Of a stretch of 64,000 nt of DNA, positions 42,185 through 56,800 are shown in pieces. The DNA is taken from positions 10,416,001 to 10,480,000 of the forward strand of contig CM102287.1 of the NCBI GenBank assembly GCA_046563655.1. Direction: 5' to 3'. Under the pieces are notes generated by a model that made no database searches, was not told where the DNA came from, and saw only the letters and a program-made list of their open reading frames with translations. Within the stretch, counting starts at the first letter, position 1; each line of letters begins with the position of its first letter. Made by a program: the position numbers and the translations under genes. The stretch comes from Yuukianura sp. NJ FZ-2021. Lineage: Eukaryota.

Positions 42185-43889
42185 GTATGAGGGGAGATCG
42201 ACTGCTTTTCAATACGATTTGCTGCAAGATTTTTTTAAAAAACAAGCAAAAATTCCTTGCAGAAAATAAGGATGAACATTTTCTGCAGGCTTTTTTCTTG
42301 CAGAGAACGGAGGCGTTGTTATAAGAAGTTTGCGCAAAATCGAGCCGTTGTTATAAGAAACATGCGGAAAATCCAGATGTTGTTATAAAAAGCTTGAGGA
42401 AAATCGATGCGTTGTTATAAAAAGATTGCGGAAAATCGAGACGTTGTTATAAGAAACATGCGAAAAATTTGAGGAATTGGAATTTTGAAAAATTCAGCTG
42501 AAATTCAAGTTTTGGATGTATTTGCCTTGCCGAGGATTCACGCGTACTTTACCGTATTGAAATGTTGGTCTCGTCAAAAATTGACCTGTTCTCTAACTTT
42601 TTGACGTGTCCAAATTTTTAAAAATTCACTTGTACACTTACTTTTTGAGGATTTGGAATTTTGAAAAATTCAGCTGAAATTCAAGTTTTGGATATATTTG
42701 CCTTGCCGAGGATTCACGCGTACTTTACCGTATTGAAATGTTGGTCTCGTCAAAAATTGACCTGTTCTCTAACTTTTTGACGTGTCCAAATTTTTAAAAA
42801 TTCACTTGTACACTTACTTTTTGAGAAATTGGAATTTTGAAAAATTCAGCTGAAATTCAAGTTGGATATATTTGCCTTGCCGAGGATTCACGCGTACTTT
42901 ACCGTATTGAAATGTTGGTCTCGTCAAAAATTGACCTGTTCTCTAACTTTTTGACGTGTCCAAATTTTTAAAAATTCACTTGTACACTTACTTTTTGAGG
43001 AATTGGAATTTTGAAAAATTCAGCTGAAATTCAAGTTTTGGATATATTTGCCTTGCCGAGGATTCACGCGTACTTTACCGTATTGAAATGTTGGTCTCGT
43101 CAAAAATTGACCTGTTCTCTAACTTTTTGACGTGTCCAAATTTTTAAAAATTCACTTGTACACTTACTTTTTGAGGATTTGGAATTTTGAAAAATTCAGC
43201 TGAAATTCAAGTTTTGGATATATTTGCCTTGCCGAGGATTCACGCGTACTTTACCGTATTGAAATGTTGGTCTCGTCAAAAATTGACCTGTTCTCTAACT
43301 TTTTGACGTGTCCAAATTTTTAAAAATTCACTTGTACACTTACTTTTTGAGGATTTGGAATTTTGAAAAATTCAGCTGAAATTCAAGTTTTGGATATATT
43401 TGCCTTGCCGAGGATTCACGCGTACTTTACCGTATTGAAATGTTGGTCTCGTCAAAAATTGACCTGTTCTCTAACTTTTTGACGTGACAAAATTTTTTGA
43501 CAAAATATAACTTTTACGTTTACTTTTCGAGGAATTCTAACTTGGGGAAATTCAGCTGTCGTAAAATCTTAAAAGTGAATTATAATTTATAACAATGTCT
43601 CGATTCTCCGCAAGTTTCCTATAACAGCGGCTCGATTCTTCGCAAGCTTTTTATAACCTCGGCTCGATTCTCCGCAAGCTTCTAATAACAGCGCTTCGAT
43701 TCTTCGCAAGATTTTTATAACAGCTCCTCGATTTTTCGCAAGCTTCTTATAACAACGTCTCGATTTTTGCAAGAAAAAAACTTGCAGAAAATGTTCGTTT
43801 TGATTTTCTGCAAGGAAATTTAATTGTGTTTTTTAAAAAAAAAAGCTTGCAGCAAATCGCGTTGAAAAGCAGTCGATCTCCCCTCATAC
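42185..43889. mobile_element. 1705-bp foldback-like non-autonomous DNA transposon with long modular TIRs and an internal satellite
   Basis: Terminal inverted repeat gtatgaggggagatcgactgcttttcaa / ttgaaaagcagtcgatctcccctcatac, continuing imperfectly for about 280 bp and including 5-6 subterminal 32-bp repeats per side. TCAA on both flanks. No transposase ORF. Confidence 0.92.
42471..43558. repeat. 176-bp tandem repeat, about 6 copies, inside the TIR element
   Basis: Unit starts at 42471, 42647, 42823, 42997 (after a 2-bp deletion), 43173 and 43349, with a degenerate start at 43529. Confidence 0.97.
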
Positions 43890-44260
43890 TCAAGTGGACT
43901 CTACCACACACAGAACAGAAGGTAAAGTGGCAACATTGGTCCTCGGACAAGTTGAAACACGAAGGACAGATCAACTGAATCATCCTCATCATCTCTCCCT
44001 TCATTACCCGTCTAACACTCGATCTGCAAGTATCCCCCATTCCTAGAACGATTAATTACACAAAGACAATCAATCAACCACTCAATTTGGATCTACTGGA
44101 CACCCTACACTTAGGTAACCTCACTTTTATACACTATTTAAGCTTAACAAAGTAGAAACTGACAGAGGGGTTTACTGGGTTGTGAACAAACGTACAAAAA
44201 ACGACAAATAGTCCCTTGAATTGACCTTGGATGAATGCTGTTTCAGGGGGACTGGAGGAA

Positions 44261-45454
44261 ATGGACATGCCCTCTTATTCTAGTACCACTTTCTTCGGCA
44301 TGGAATTCATTCCTGGGGATAACGACAGTTCAGCCCTGGCTGGAGTCATGGACAACCCTGATTTGGATCCAGAAATGAGCGAAAACGTTCTGGATCTCGG
44401 AGAAGTCGAAAATCCCGACACTCCTTTGGAATTTAATCAAACCGAGTTTGATGTAACCCTAAACAAGGTGATTGAGGAGCAGACTGTGGCCGACGACTCC
44501 TTTCTAATGGATCTTCTCCGCCTTAGCCAAGGAAGTATTGGGGAAATGCTGCCAACATTCACGCCAGTTCAGCACAACCAGCAACTCATCATGGCTAATA
44601 TAGCACAGGAACGTAAGCCACAATTGAACGCTACTAATTTTACGGTGGCTCCTGCAATGTTGCAGTACGTCGACGTTCCTATCTCATCTGTGAACAATGC
44701 ACAAGTAGTCAGTATCAAGGCTAATCCAGCACCAGGTACAACTATTTACAAGTTGAGACACGATTTTATCGAATTCAAATGTACGAGTAAATATTTGACT
44801 CTGCCTGTTGTATTGTTAGTACTGTCGAGCCCAGTTACTTCTACGAGAGGACGCAGGAAGTCTGGAAACGTATATCGAGTGACTGAAGAAGTATTTGGAG
44901 ACACGATTGACGTAAAGCCAAGCGAGGCCGTCCTTCAGAAGCAAGTTGCCAGTAGCTCTCGTGGCAAGAAGCGATCTCTCCCAACTGAATTTCCTTCTCC
45001 AGCTACTCCGTCCGGAAAGCGTATCAAGAAATACGAGTTGGATGACCCTGAGAATCCTTCCGTTCGAAATGCACGAGCTGCCAAGGCCAATCGAGACAGA
45101 AAGAAGCAAGAACTGGCTGATCTGAAGGAGGACGTTGTGAAATGGAAGACTGCTTATGAAAAGGAATCGCAAGACAAAGCGAAAGCATTGGAAGTCAACC
45201 AGAGACTGGAACTAGAGAATCGGAAGTTGAGGCAACAACTACAGTCTATCAATGGAATCGTCCAAGTGAAGGATGACTTGAGCAAGTATCTGAGCTGTCT
45301 CGTTCCTGCCCTGGCTCAAGGTGGCTTTCAAGTTCCGCAAATCAACTTGGCTCCAGGATTCATGCCTCCTCCGCCTGGAACTCGCTCAATCACAGCGCAG
45401 TACAATCTGGACCTGGAGACTATGACTGTCAGTTGTCCTCGTAAGTTCCAGTGA
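44261..45454 (+). CDS. bZIP transcription factor (possibly CREBZF-like)
   Basis: Basic region RNARAAKANRDRKKQ followed by heptads LADLKEDV...LELENRKLRQQL, with an acidic N-terminus. Probable in-frame intron 44736-44819. The ATG at 44231 lies upstream of an acceptor (tttcag, 44246), so 44261 is the likelier start. Confidence 0.8.
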   Translation: MDMPSYSSTTFFGMEFIPGDNDSSALAGVMDNPDLDPEMSENVLDLGEVENPDTPLEFNQTEFDVTLNKVIEEQTVADDSFLMDLLRLSQGSIGEMLPTFTPVQHNQQLIMANIAQERKPQLNATNFTVAPAMLQYVDVPISSVNNAQVVSIKANPAPGTTIYKLRHDFIEFKCTSKYLTLPVVLLVLSSPVTSTRGRRKSGNVYRVTEEVFGDTIDVKPSEAVLQKQVASSSRGKKRSLPTEFPSPATPSGKRIKKYELDDPENPSVRNARAAKANRDRKKQELADLKEDVVKWKTAYEKESQDKAKALEVNQRLELENRKLRQQLQSINGIVQVKDDLSKYLSCLVPALAQGGFQVPQINLAPGFMPPPPGTRSITAQYNLDLETMTVSCPRKFQ

Positions 45455-47069
45455 CACTTTGAATTAGCAATTTCATTTGTTCGTTGTGGCTTTGGATCTT
45501 AGCGTTGCATGATTTCCGATCTGTCACTTGTAGCTTCATACTAATAACTGACATAAGAACTTTATTTTTGGAGGTCATGACCTGCTGACTCGGATTGAAT
45601 AGGGTTGAGCAGTCATGTTAAGATCTAAACTCCACTCATGCTTTCCATTGACTTTCTTTTGATTGCTTTGTAAGAGACTGAGGGTATTTTTGGTAATGTT
45701 GAAGTGAGAAGATGACTGAGAAGCAACCTCCTACCATCCACAATATTCATGTGAAGCTGGCACTGTCGTCGTGGATTGCGCTGATGCTTGAGGCAGATGC
45801 TCCCGACACACCCAGTGGATTCCCATCCCAAAGTTCAACTTTTAAACTTCCACGGGGTCAATTGCTCAATTTGAATTTTGAAATTTAGTTGGAGGAAGAG
45901 AGAATTTAATCACTTGACTTTTGAACATCTAGGTCGGCGGATCCAAATGTCACGATCATTCACTCCATCCAGTGCTTAGTTTAATTTGTTTTTGTGGGGG
46001 GGGGACTTAAGGGGTCCCCTGAGCTGTCCAAGGGTGGGTGACATTGTGGCTCTGGTCAACAGGAGGAGGGTGACATGAATGGCTCAACGAGGGGATTCAC
46101 AATCTTAAAGATTCAAATGAAAACCTGATGAAGTGGCCATGCAATGTTGTGGAGTCATCTCGGACACTTAAAGTAGACTTAAAGGCTTAGTAGACTTGAA
46201 GGGGCCCTTGAAGGCCCCTCCCCTCTTTCATGTCAACTGTTCCCTTAGTTCATTCTCTGGTTTTCATTTTGATCTTGCATTTGAGTCATCTATAAAATGG
46301 TTTCATGGTGAGTAGATTCTTCTAAACACTCAGATTTCACTGGCTGCCTCAGGTCACGCACATAAAAGTTAATCAGTTGAAATCGTTAGGCTTTGAGAAA
46401 TTCAGTTTTTTTTGTTTGTTTTTTTGAGCCGTTGACATTGAGTCAGTCAGGAAATCATTTCCAAATTGTCGCTAGACACTTTCAGTGAGGAGCTAGATTT
46501 AGTTTTAGATTTGGAAATGCTTGAATCTAATTTTTAATTTGTGTTTTCAGTGGTTGGGCCAAGCGGTCAACTGTGGACTGGAGGGAATGGACAGTAAGAC
46601 AATCAGAACTGGAAGCATGCTTGACCAATCAAAGAGAATGCCTTCCTCACCTGGATCCTCATCTAATTAACTCTCTCTCCTATTTTTCTATTTTGTACAT
46701 TGTGAACGAGGAAAGTGATTTGGTAGTGCCTCATTTAGTCCAAGACTGAACTTTTCCTCTTCTTAATTTCAACTACCAAGTATTTTGTTAAGTCATTTTG
46801 TTATAACTGGCAACTCATGCCTTCAACTCCTGTTTACAAATCATAGAGGATACCAGAGCTTCGAAATTATACAAATTAAATTTATATTGCAAACGCAATT
46901 CGAAAAATTAAAAAATGGAAGAAAACCCAATAAAAAATGAAAAAACTTGGAAAGAAGAGTTACTGTTGATCACTTTAATTTGTGTGATGTGTTTTTACTT
47001 TGAATAGGATTAGATATACTAAGATCGTGGAAGATGTAGTGGTGGACTCATTTGCACTATCACTGTCAA

Positions 47070-49350
<2,281 letters not shown>

Positions 49351-51158
49351 ATTAACAGAAGCGAGTGATCTGAGGTAGGAATGAACACTGGGACGGTGGA
49401 GATGAGTTAGTCGAGTAATTGAGTTGTGTTTGAATTTGGAGAGTAAAGTCACAATTCTTGTGGTTATGATGTGATATGTTGAAGATGTGGTTTCTAAGGT
49501 GGGTTTGTGGGACAGATCCCTTGGATGGAATAGATATCGATTTGACACAATTGGCAACGTGCCCTTTTGGCCAAAGTGGGAAAGGGGAGCAGGAAACCCG
49601 GGTAACTTGGAGGAAGCGCAGAATCGAGGAATAGGATGTCCCTCCTTCCGTACATTTCCACCATGATCATCAAGAGTGATAAAGTGACTCACGCAAGTGG
49701 AATAAACAAACTAAAGTGCAACCACAGAAACAAGGAAACCGACTTCACATTTCCAACTTTAGTTGCATAAATTGACAGCTCCAATGACCTATGTTATGTC
49801 TACTGGAATCTGTATACCCCATTTCCGTTTTAAGAAAGGAAACAAACAATTACCTTACCTTTGATGATGAGAATTAGTTTTGGAAGAACCGATTTAGAAA
49901 AGCGCGTCTGTATTCAACCAATGGGTTTGGTGTAGTGATTGTAAAGAAGTCTGAAATAAAATGAGAGATGAATTAGATTTAGCATGCAAGTGACGATATG
50001 GAGTGAGTGTTGAGCATGGGTTGTTTAATGTGGTTTCCATGATATGAGCATGGCTAGTTAACCTGCACTCATGTTTCCAGTCATCATGGGAAACAACATA
50101 ATGAGCATGATATGTCCTTCTGCACAGAGGGTGTGAAAATACGGAATCCAAGGTCAACACTCATCCACTTTCCCAAAGTGTGTGACGCCCAGTGATAGCA
50201 CTTGCTTAACAAAGCACTGCCACCGGTAGTAACTAAGGGATTAAAGACTACACTTATGCTCTAAATACCAATATCAACATACTAAAGTCTAAAGTGTTTG
50301 GGATGCAAAAGAGCTGCTGCTGGATTAATCAGTGCCTAACTTATGATTAAACTTACCGTCGTCTGCTTCTTATGTCAACACTCCTCAAATCCTCAGTTCC
50401 AAATTTAGTTCTGAGATGATTAACAGCTGTTAACTGCTCAAAGAGATCCACTAATTAATCAACCATTCAGGATATAATTGTGGGGGATTAATTACTGTTG
50501 AGTCAGCTGACCGGATGTCAAGACAAAAAACTCACCCCCTCCCTCCCCTTAAGTGTACAATATTGTGAACAATAGTACTTGGCTTTCCTACTCCAAAATA
50601 TTACATGTTTACCGTTAGGAGAATCAGCTGGTGTCGAAAAAATAACACTACAAAAATTGCTAATTAACAAGACACTAATTGTATTAATTAATTTTAAGAA
50701 TTTTCTGAAGTTGGTGTTTATTGTGTTAAGTAATGCAACAAACCGCACTGTTCCCGCCTCTTCAAAAAAGGCGCCAATTTCTCATTCAAACCTTATTCTC
50801 CTTGATATTAGCAAATGCCATTGGTTATTTGCACTACAAAACTACAATTGCAAAACTTTTAAATCCTTTAATTTCTTTAATTAGATTTCTTTTAAACAAA
50901 ATGTTAACTGCAGCAATTTATAATAATTTCCATCAAATCAAAATCATATTTAAATTCATATAAAAATGGTCAGCTAACTTTAGTATGTTATTATGTTGAT
51001 TTGTAATTTTTTATTATATGTTCACAGGTTTTATTTTGTAATATGGAATGGCTTTTCCAGTAGTTTTGCCACTTTATTTTGTATTTTGTATTTAAGAAGT
51101 TTGTTTATTTTCATTTTTCGAATTTTTCTGAAAACAAATTTTCTAAAATTAAGGTCAA

Positions 51159-51391
51159 GGTAAGCTTTAACGACCGTCATTGTAGCCGCACAGTGTAGCC
51201 GCTCCGCCATTTTTTGTGGCTACAATGGGTGGCTACACCTGAGCGGCAACTTAAGTAGCCACTTTAACCTAACCTAACCTAACCTAAAGTGGCAACATAA
51301 GCTGCCACACAGTGTAGCCACCCATTGTAGCCACAAAAAATGGCGGAGCGGCTACACTGTGCGGCTACAATGACGGTCGTTAAAGCTTACC
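51159..51391. mobile_element. 233-bp hairpin MITE with perfect 80-bp TIRs and a telomeric-repeat loop
   Basis: 51159-51238 is the exact reverse complement of 51312-51391. The inner ~26 bp also pair imperfectly and the centre is (AACCT)4. TCAA on both flanks. Confidence 0.95.
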
Positions 51392-51565
51392 TCAACCAAA
51401 ATTAAAAATTAAGTTTGCCAATTCAATTGACGCGTGGTTAATTATTGGGTAATTAATTGATTCCTTCTTTTACCTCTCGTGACAGATTCAACTGTTGTTA
51501 TTACAAATCACTCTTTAATTGCTCATAGCAATACCGCTTTCGGATCTGGAAAGGAACAGCGATTG

Positions 51566-53717
51566 ATGAGGCGAATGGAAACGGAAATATTGACTTGCAT
51601 CCGATCTCTCGTTGGCCAGTGTCGGCCAATAGTACCTAACGTCAGCCGCCATTTTGTCTCTGTTGTCGTTCTTCTACTTGTATCCTCATCATGCCTCTTC
51701 CAGCCTGTCAATGGTCAGATATTCAAGTCCTAGTTATGCTTTACAAAATTGTTCCTAAATTTGGCCCTATGCGTCCACTAGGAATTGGTGGGATGGAAGG
51801 AGTCAAAGTTCATCACCTCACGACCAGTGCACCCCTCGTGGACGTAAACCAGGAAAACTTGCGAGATTTCAACATCTTCTGCCGCAAAGGTGACACGAAG
51901 CGACTCATCAACTACTTCAAATCAGTCAAAGTAAGAAACTAAAGTCCCCTTTTCATTTTATCCTAATTAATCTACATAAGTGAATTTGTTTGTTTAGCTT
52001 CGGATTGTCAGTTCTGCTGACGATATCAAGATAGTGAAGGGGTGCAACTACAACGAAGTGTACACAAGGTACATGGAGACGACACGATGGTTTCTCTGGG
52101 CTCAGAACCTCCTTCCATGGCGAATTCGGGAGGTACTTGTCACATTAGTTCCTCTTGGTTAAATCGTTAACGACCTTAATTCCTTCTTTCCCTCCAGACA
52201 AATCTCCCAACGTTCAACTCAAGCTGCATAGGTGTTGACACTCGGAAGGAATACACAGCACTCCTCGTCGTTCGCAGTAAGGAATATTTACCGAAGAAGT
52301 GGCTGAGACACGCTAAACTTACTCTCTTTTGTTTGTGTTTCAGCCGTTGACATTTGGAATGTGTTGACTCTGCTAGCAGGCCTCGTCATATTTTTTATGG
52401 CTCCCAAGATGGCTCGATCTCAACTTTTGTTCTACACCTCGGGCACTGTCCTTGGCGGCATCGGATTCGCCCTTCTCCTCATGTTCATCGTCTTTCGCTT
52501 CTTGCCGCGCGGAAAAACTCGATGGGGCGTATTCACTTTCCTTTGGGTGTCCAGTCTCTATGCCGCTGGAGAAACATGGAACCGATTCGGAGAAATCGTG
52601 CAGGACAAACTTCCGTATTTAGCAGTTTATCTAACAACTGGCTCAGTACTGGCCTTCCTCATTTGCTACCGCTTTGGCCCCATTGCCAACCCAAGGTCAC
52701 TGGACATTGTGACATGGGTGCTGCAGGTCCATTAACACTCTAATTTAATTTTAATTAAGAATTTTACTTGAACTGAAGAAAATAAGATTAGAAGTATCTA
52801 AAAGTAGGGTGTGAATTTGCAGGGGCTGAGTTTGCTGCTGATCCATCTGAGTAGTGATTTAGTGGAAGTGTCAACTGTGATAATTCTCATAGTGCTGTGC
52901 TACCACTCCTTCGCTGGGAGACTCTACTACAACATGGGGAGCTGGTGGTGAGTAGAATGCTATGAGACACTAATTAGCGTAAGTTGATTGAATGGTAGGA
53001 TGGGCACTGGGTGAAAGTTTTATGAGAACCTTGGCAGACTGTTCGTCTGGAGTTTGTTTTGATGAATTGGCATAGAGGGTGGAATGGTTGGTTGAGCTTA
53101 CTAATTCATGTTTCCACTCTCCACTTTTATTTCTCTTTTCAGGAGACGACGATTCCCAGCGAAGCCTAAATTATTGACAGAGGAAGAGTACATTGCTCAG
53201 GGGGCAAGAGAGACGGAAGTCTCTCTCCAGCAACTCCGCAACTTCTGCAACAGCCCACAGTGCAACTCTTGGAAAATCGTCTCTCGCCTCCAGGATCCCA
53301 AAAGGTAAGGCTCCAGTTGTCATATTCCCCAGTGACAATTCTGGAGGACGCAAATGGGAAAGTGGAATTGCCTCCATGACAGGGGCAGTGAGGGAGAAAG
53401 GCTCCAAAAGGCCTCTCTTTCTCTCTCTCTCCAGAGAAAGAGAGGAAGAAATGAGGAATTAATTATCCATCTTTTTCTTTTCATCTCTTCGAGTTTCCTT
53501 CTAATTAATTAAAAAGGAACTCTTCCTTTTCAATTATGCAATCCACCACAACTAATTCCCTCTGGCTATTTCCAGATTCTCTGGATTCATCACTGGAGAC
53601 TCTCATTTGAGTGACGCTGAAATGATGGACTACGAATCTGACATTGAGCAGCACGAAGCTCAACTCTCAAATGGACATCTCCCTCTCACCGAAGACTCTT
53701 CTGACGACTCTGACTGA
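51566..53717 (+). CDS. Nemp: Nuclear envelope integral membrane protein (NEMP/TMEM194)
   Basis: Multi-TM region (LLFYTSG...FLICYRFGP...WVLQ) and C-terminal KLLTEEEYIAQGARETEVSLQQLRNFCNSPQCNSWKIVSRLQDPKRF. Start may be 51566 or 51575. Confidence 0.9.
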
Positions 53718-53828
53718 AATTTAACACACGGTGACAACTCTTTTTTAGAAACTAATACCTTACTTTCACTTTTACTTTTAAGAATAAACTAAGCCTTTCT
53801 CAATTTGGAATTTCCATTTTGATGTGAT

Positions 53829-56800
53829 TTAGTCGATGGATGCGATGAGTTGGCGATTGTTATTGATGGATTTAGTTTTGATTTTGACCCCCTTTGTGTC
53901 CGATGTCGCCTGCGGAAGTTTTTTGAAGGTGACGAGTGGATCTCCGACTGCAATGGTTTGGACATGACTTTCCTGTGCTCGGTAGAGATGGATTCCGAAC
54001 CTAGGAGAGCCCTTGGTTCTGTTGGCCAGAGAGAGGAGGGGTTCGGATGACCTTTGACCCGTGTGCTGGTCTGTGCAGATCGTGGCACAGCGACTACAAG
54101 GCCCCCCGCTCTAAGAAGAAAAGAAGAAAGGATTTTCAATTTCTGTTCTCTCGCACTGCTGGAGAAAGTCAATTGAGTCTCTGGGGCTCAAAGAGATTTT
54201 CACAAAGTCCTTCCGCTCACTGCAGCCACAGAAAGAACAACTCTGCTCTCCAAATATAACTTTGACCTCTGACCTTCAAACCAACACCGCCAATCTCCAC
54301 TGCGTCCCACTCCTCTTCTGCGTAAGCTTCCCTCCACTCCACAACCAGGTTGGGACGAAATCGCAGCAGAAGATCATCAACCATCTAAAAATGAAAACAA
54401 TCTTACTTTTTAGTAACTTTGAATTAAAAAATGAGATGTTTGACCTCTTGAAAGATGTCTTTGGACTTGAGTTGTTGTGATAAAGTGACCCCTTTGCTGA
54501 GTAGTTGGTTGGCGAGAGAGCGGAGACTTGCAGCAGAGACAAGGACAAAGTGGGAGTCGTTGGCCAGAGAAAGTGCCCTTCCATGCTGCCCTTAAGAAGT
54601 AATTGAATGTTTGATTAATGCCATTAGAGTCCCTGCCAAATCCCAAATCAAATTCACTTCCTCCCCACTAATCGCATTTCAATTAGACACACACCTTCAC
54701 ACGCACTCAGCACTTTTTAACAACCGAACCATGTGCTGAACAAGCATTTTCCCAATTACTAACATTAATCCACAAAATAAACCAATTTCCACAAAACTTA
54801 AAAAATAGAAACTAAAAAGTGAGAATTCCGTGTTTAATTTCTACCGTCATTTGAGAATGTTTTTCTTGAGAGGGTGATGGAAAGCATAGGTGAGACTAGG
54901 GAAAAAGTCTATGAATTTTTGAGTGGCGTTTTGAAATTGAAAAAAGAGAGAAGGAGTAAGTGAAAGTAGTTCATACAAAAATGATATTTTTCATAGTGAA
55001 AGTCGTTTCCTCCCAACGGGAAAAGACTTTTGCTACAATTCTTAGAAAGTGTGTTGAATGACTGATTTGGGTGAGATTGAAAGTATTTCATTCCTTTCCA
55101 ACTATTTTGTGTTTCAATTACATTTGGGTTGTGTAGTTACTCCCTCCATACATGAAGAAGTATAAGAGACTTGTGGATGTGGGCACGTGCTGCTTTCTTT
55201 TCCTTCTCCACAATCGATTCAATCGACTCCAAGTCCACCTCATCACGCATCCCACTCATTCCTCATGCACTCCCTACAAAACTTACACTTTAGCAGGCAA
55301 CAGAGGCCCTTGACCTGTTGATCCACTCACTTTTTTTTAAAGTGGACTCAACTTTCACTTTTTAAAAAGTTCCAAGAACTTACTTTGTCTCTGTGTGCGG
55401 AGAGGGAGGATTCGCATGAGTTTCAATCCACGGTGACCAAGAACTTTGTCCAGCCATGACGCCACGGTGGGTCCACAGTCCAGCCCCACCACTTTCTCCC
55501 CACAAACCTACACAAATGAAAATGAAAAAGAGGAAAAGTGGAAGTGGGGCTTTACCTTTGAGTTGCAAATGTCAGTTTCTGTCTCCTCTCCTGTCATCTC
55601 CAGTGGAACACTCACACAACCTCCATCTAAACACACAGTATTTTTAGAAACACTTGAAAAAACAGACTTTGATTTGGACAGAGATTGGTTGTGACCTGTG
55701 GTGCTCAGTTCCAGAATTCTAAGGTGGAGGTCAATGCGAGGTCGAATGGCCACTAGTTTGGGCTCTCTCTTCTGACTCAGTCCGATGCCAAGAGAAGTGA
55801 CGATGAGCCACTGCCGGTCAAAGGTCAACCCACCTTCTCCCATCGTCCAACTACCTTTGACCTGTAAATGACAAAAAGTAAAAGTAAAAACTAAAAAGTA
55901 CTAACTTTCTTCTAATTTATTTTTGTAACTTTTAGTTTTGCATTGTTTACTTGGAATGGAGCACATGACTTGACTGGATAAATGAGAATGTGCGTGAGAG
56001 CAGGCGGAGTGTTTGGGTGTATTTGAGGAGGGAGAGTTCCGTTGACCTTGACCTCTGTCTAAAAATACAAAAAGTGAATACTGGAAATGTTGTGAGTGTT
56101 GCGTGAATTACTTGTGTCCATGTCGTGTAGATGAGTTTGAGGAAAGTGTCGATGTGACTTTTGCGTGTCATGTAGCCCACTGAAAGACGCACTGCTCCCG
56201 TGGGTTTCCCATCAACCAGGTCACGCATGTCACCGCACACGTGACCCGCCTAGTCAAAACAATGTACAGGGTGTTCCACGTAAAAGTAAACGCTTCCAAT
56301 TATTTGCTAGTGGTTACAGACCAGGGAAAACCGATTTCCCCTGGAAGATTGTGGAGTTGGACAATAAAATTTTACTTTGCTTGGACCAATTCATGATTCC
56401 AAGCTCATAAAACTTCAATTTCTAAAACATATCCGGTGATACTCAGCAAGATACACACGTTGTTTGTTGCAAAGGTGTTTACTTTTACGTGGAACAACAT
56501 TTAGAGTCAAAGTGAGATGAAGTTAACCATTGTTAAGTGTATGTGTTTAGTTAGACCTGGAAGTGGTGCATGAGATCCTGTGGTTCGTAGCCTAGAAACT
56601 TCCTGCAAGCCCCTGGATTACAGAAACATCCGTAGCGAAGGTGGATTCTGTTCACAAATCCAATCTCCTCTACCTGCACACAAAGAAACAACAAAACCCC
56701 GGAAAATCGGAAGGTAAAAAAAGAAAGCGGAAAAACAAGAGGAGGAAAGTAGAAGAGAGAAAGCAGACAAGGAAAGAGAAAGTAGAGACAACAAATCCGT

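Noticed and set aside
43587..44040. Minus-strand ORFs (61 and 97 aa) at the right end of the TIR element as a possible transposase
   Set aside because: They are translations of the 32-bp subterminal repeats and TIR, with no DDE or DNA-binding motif.
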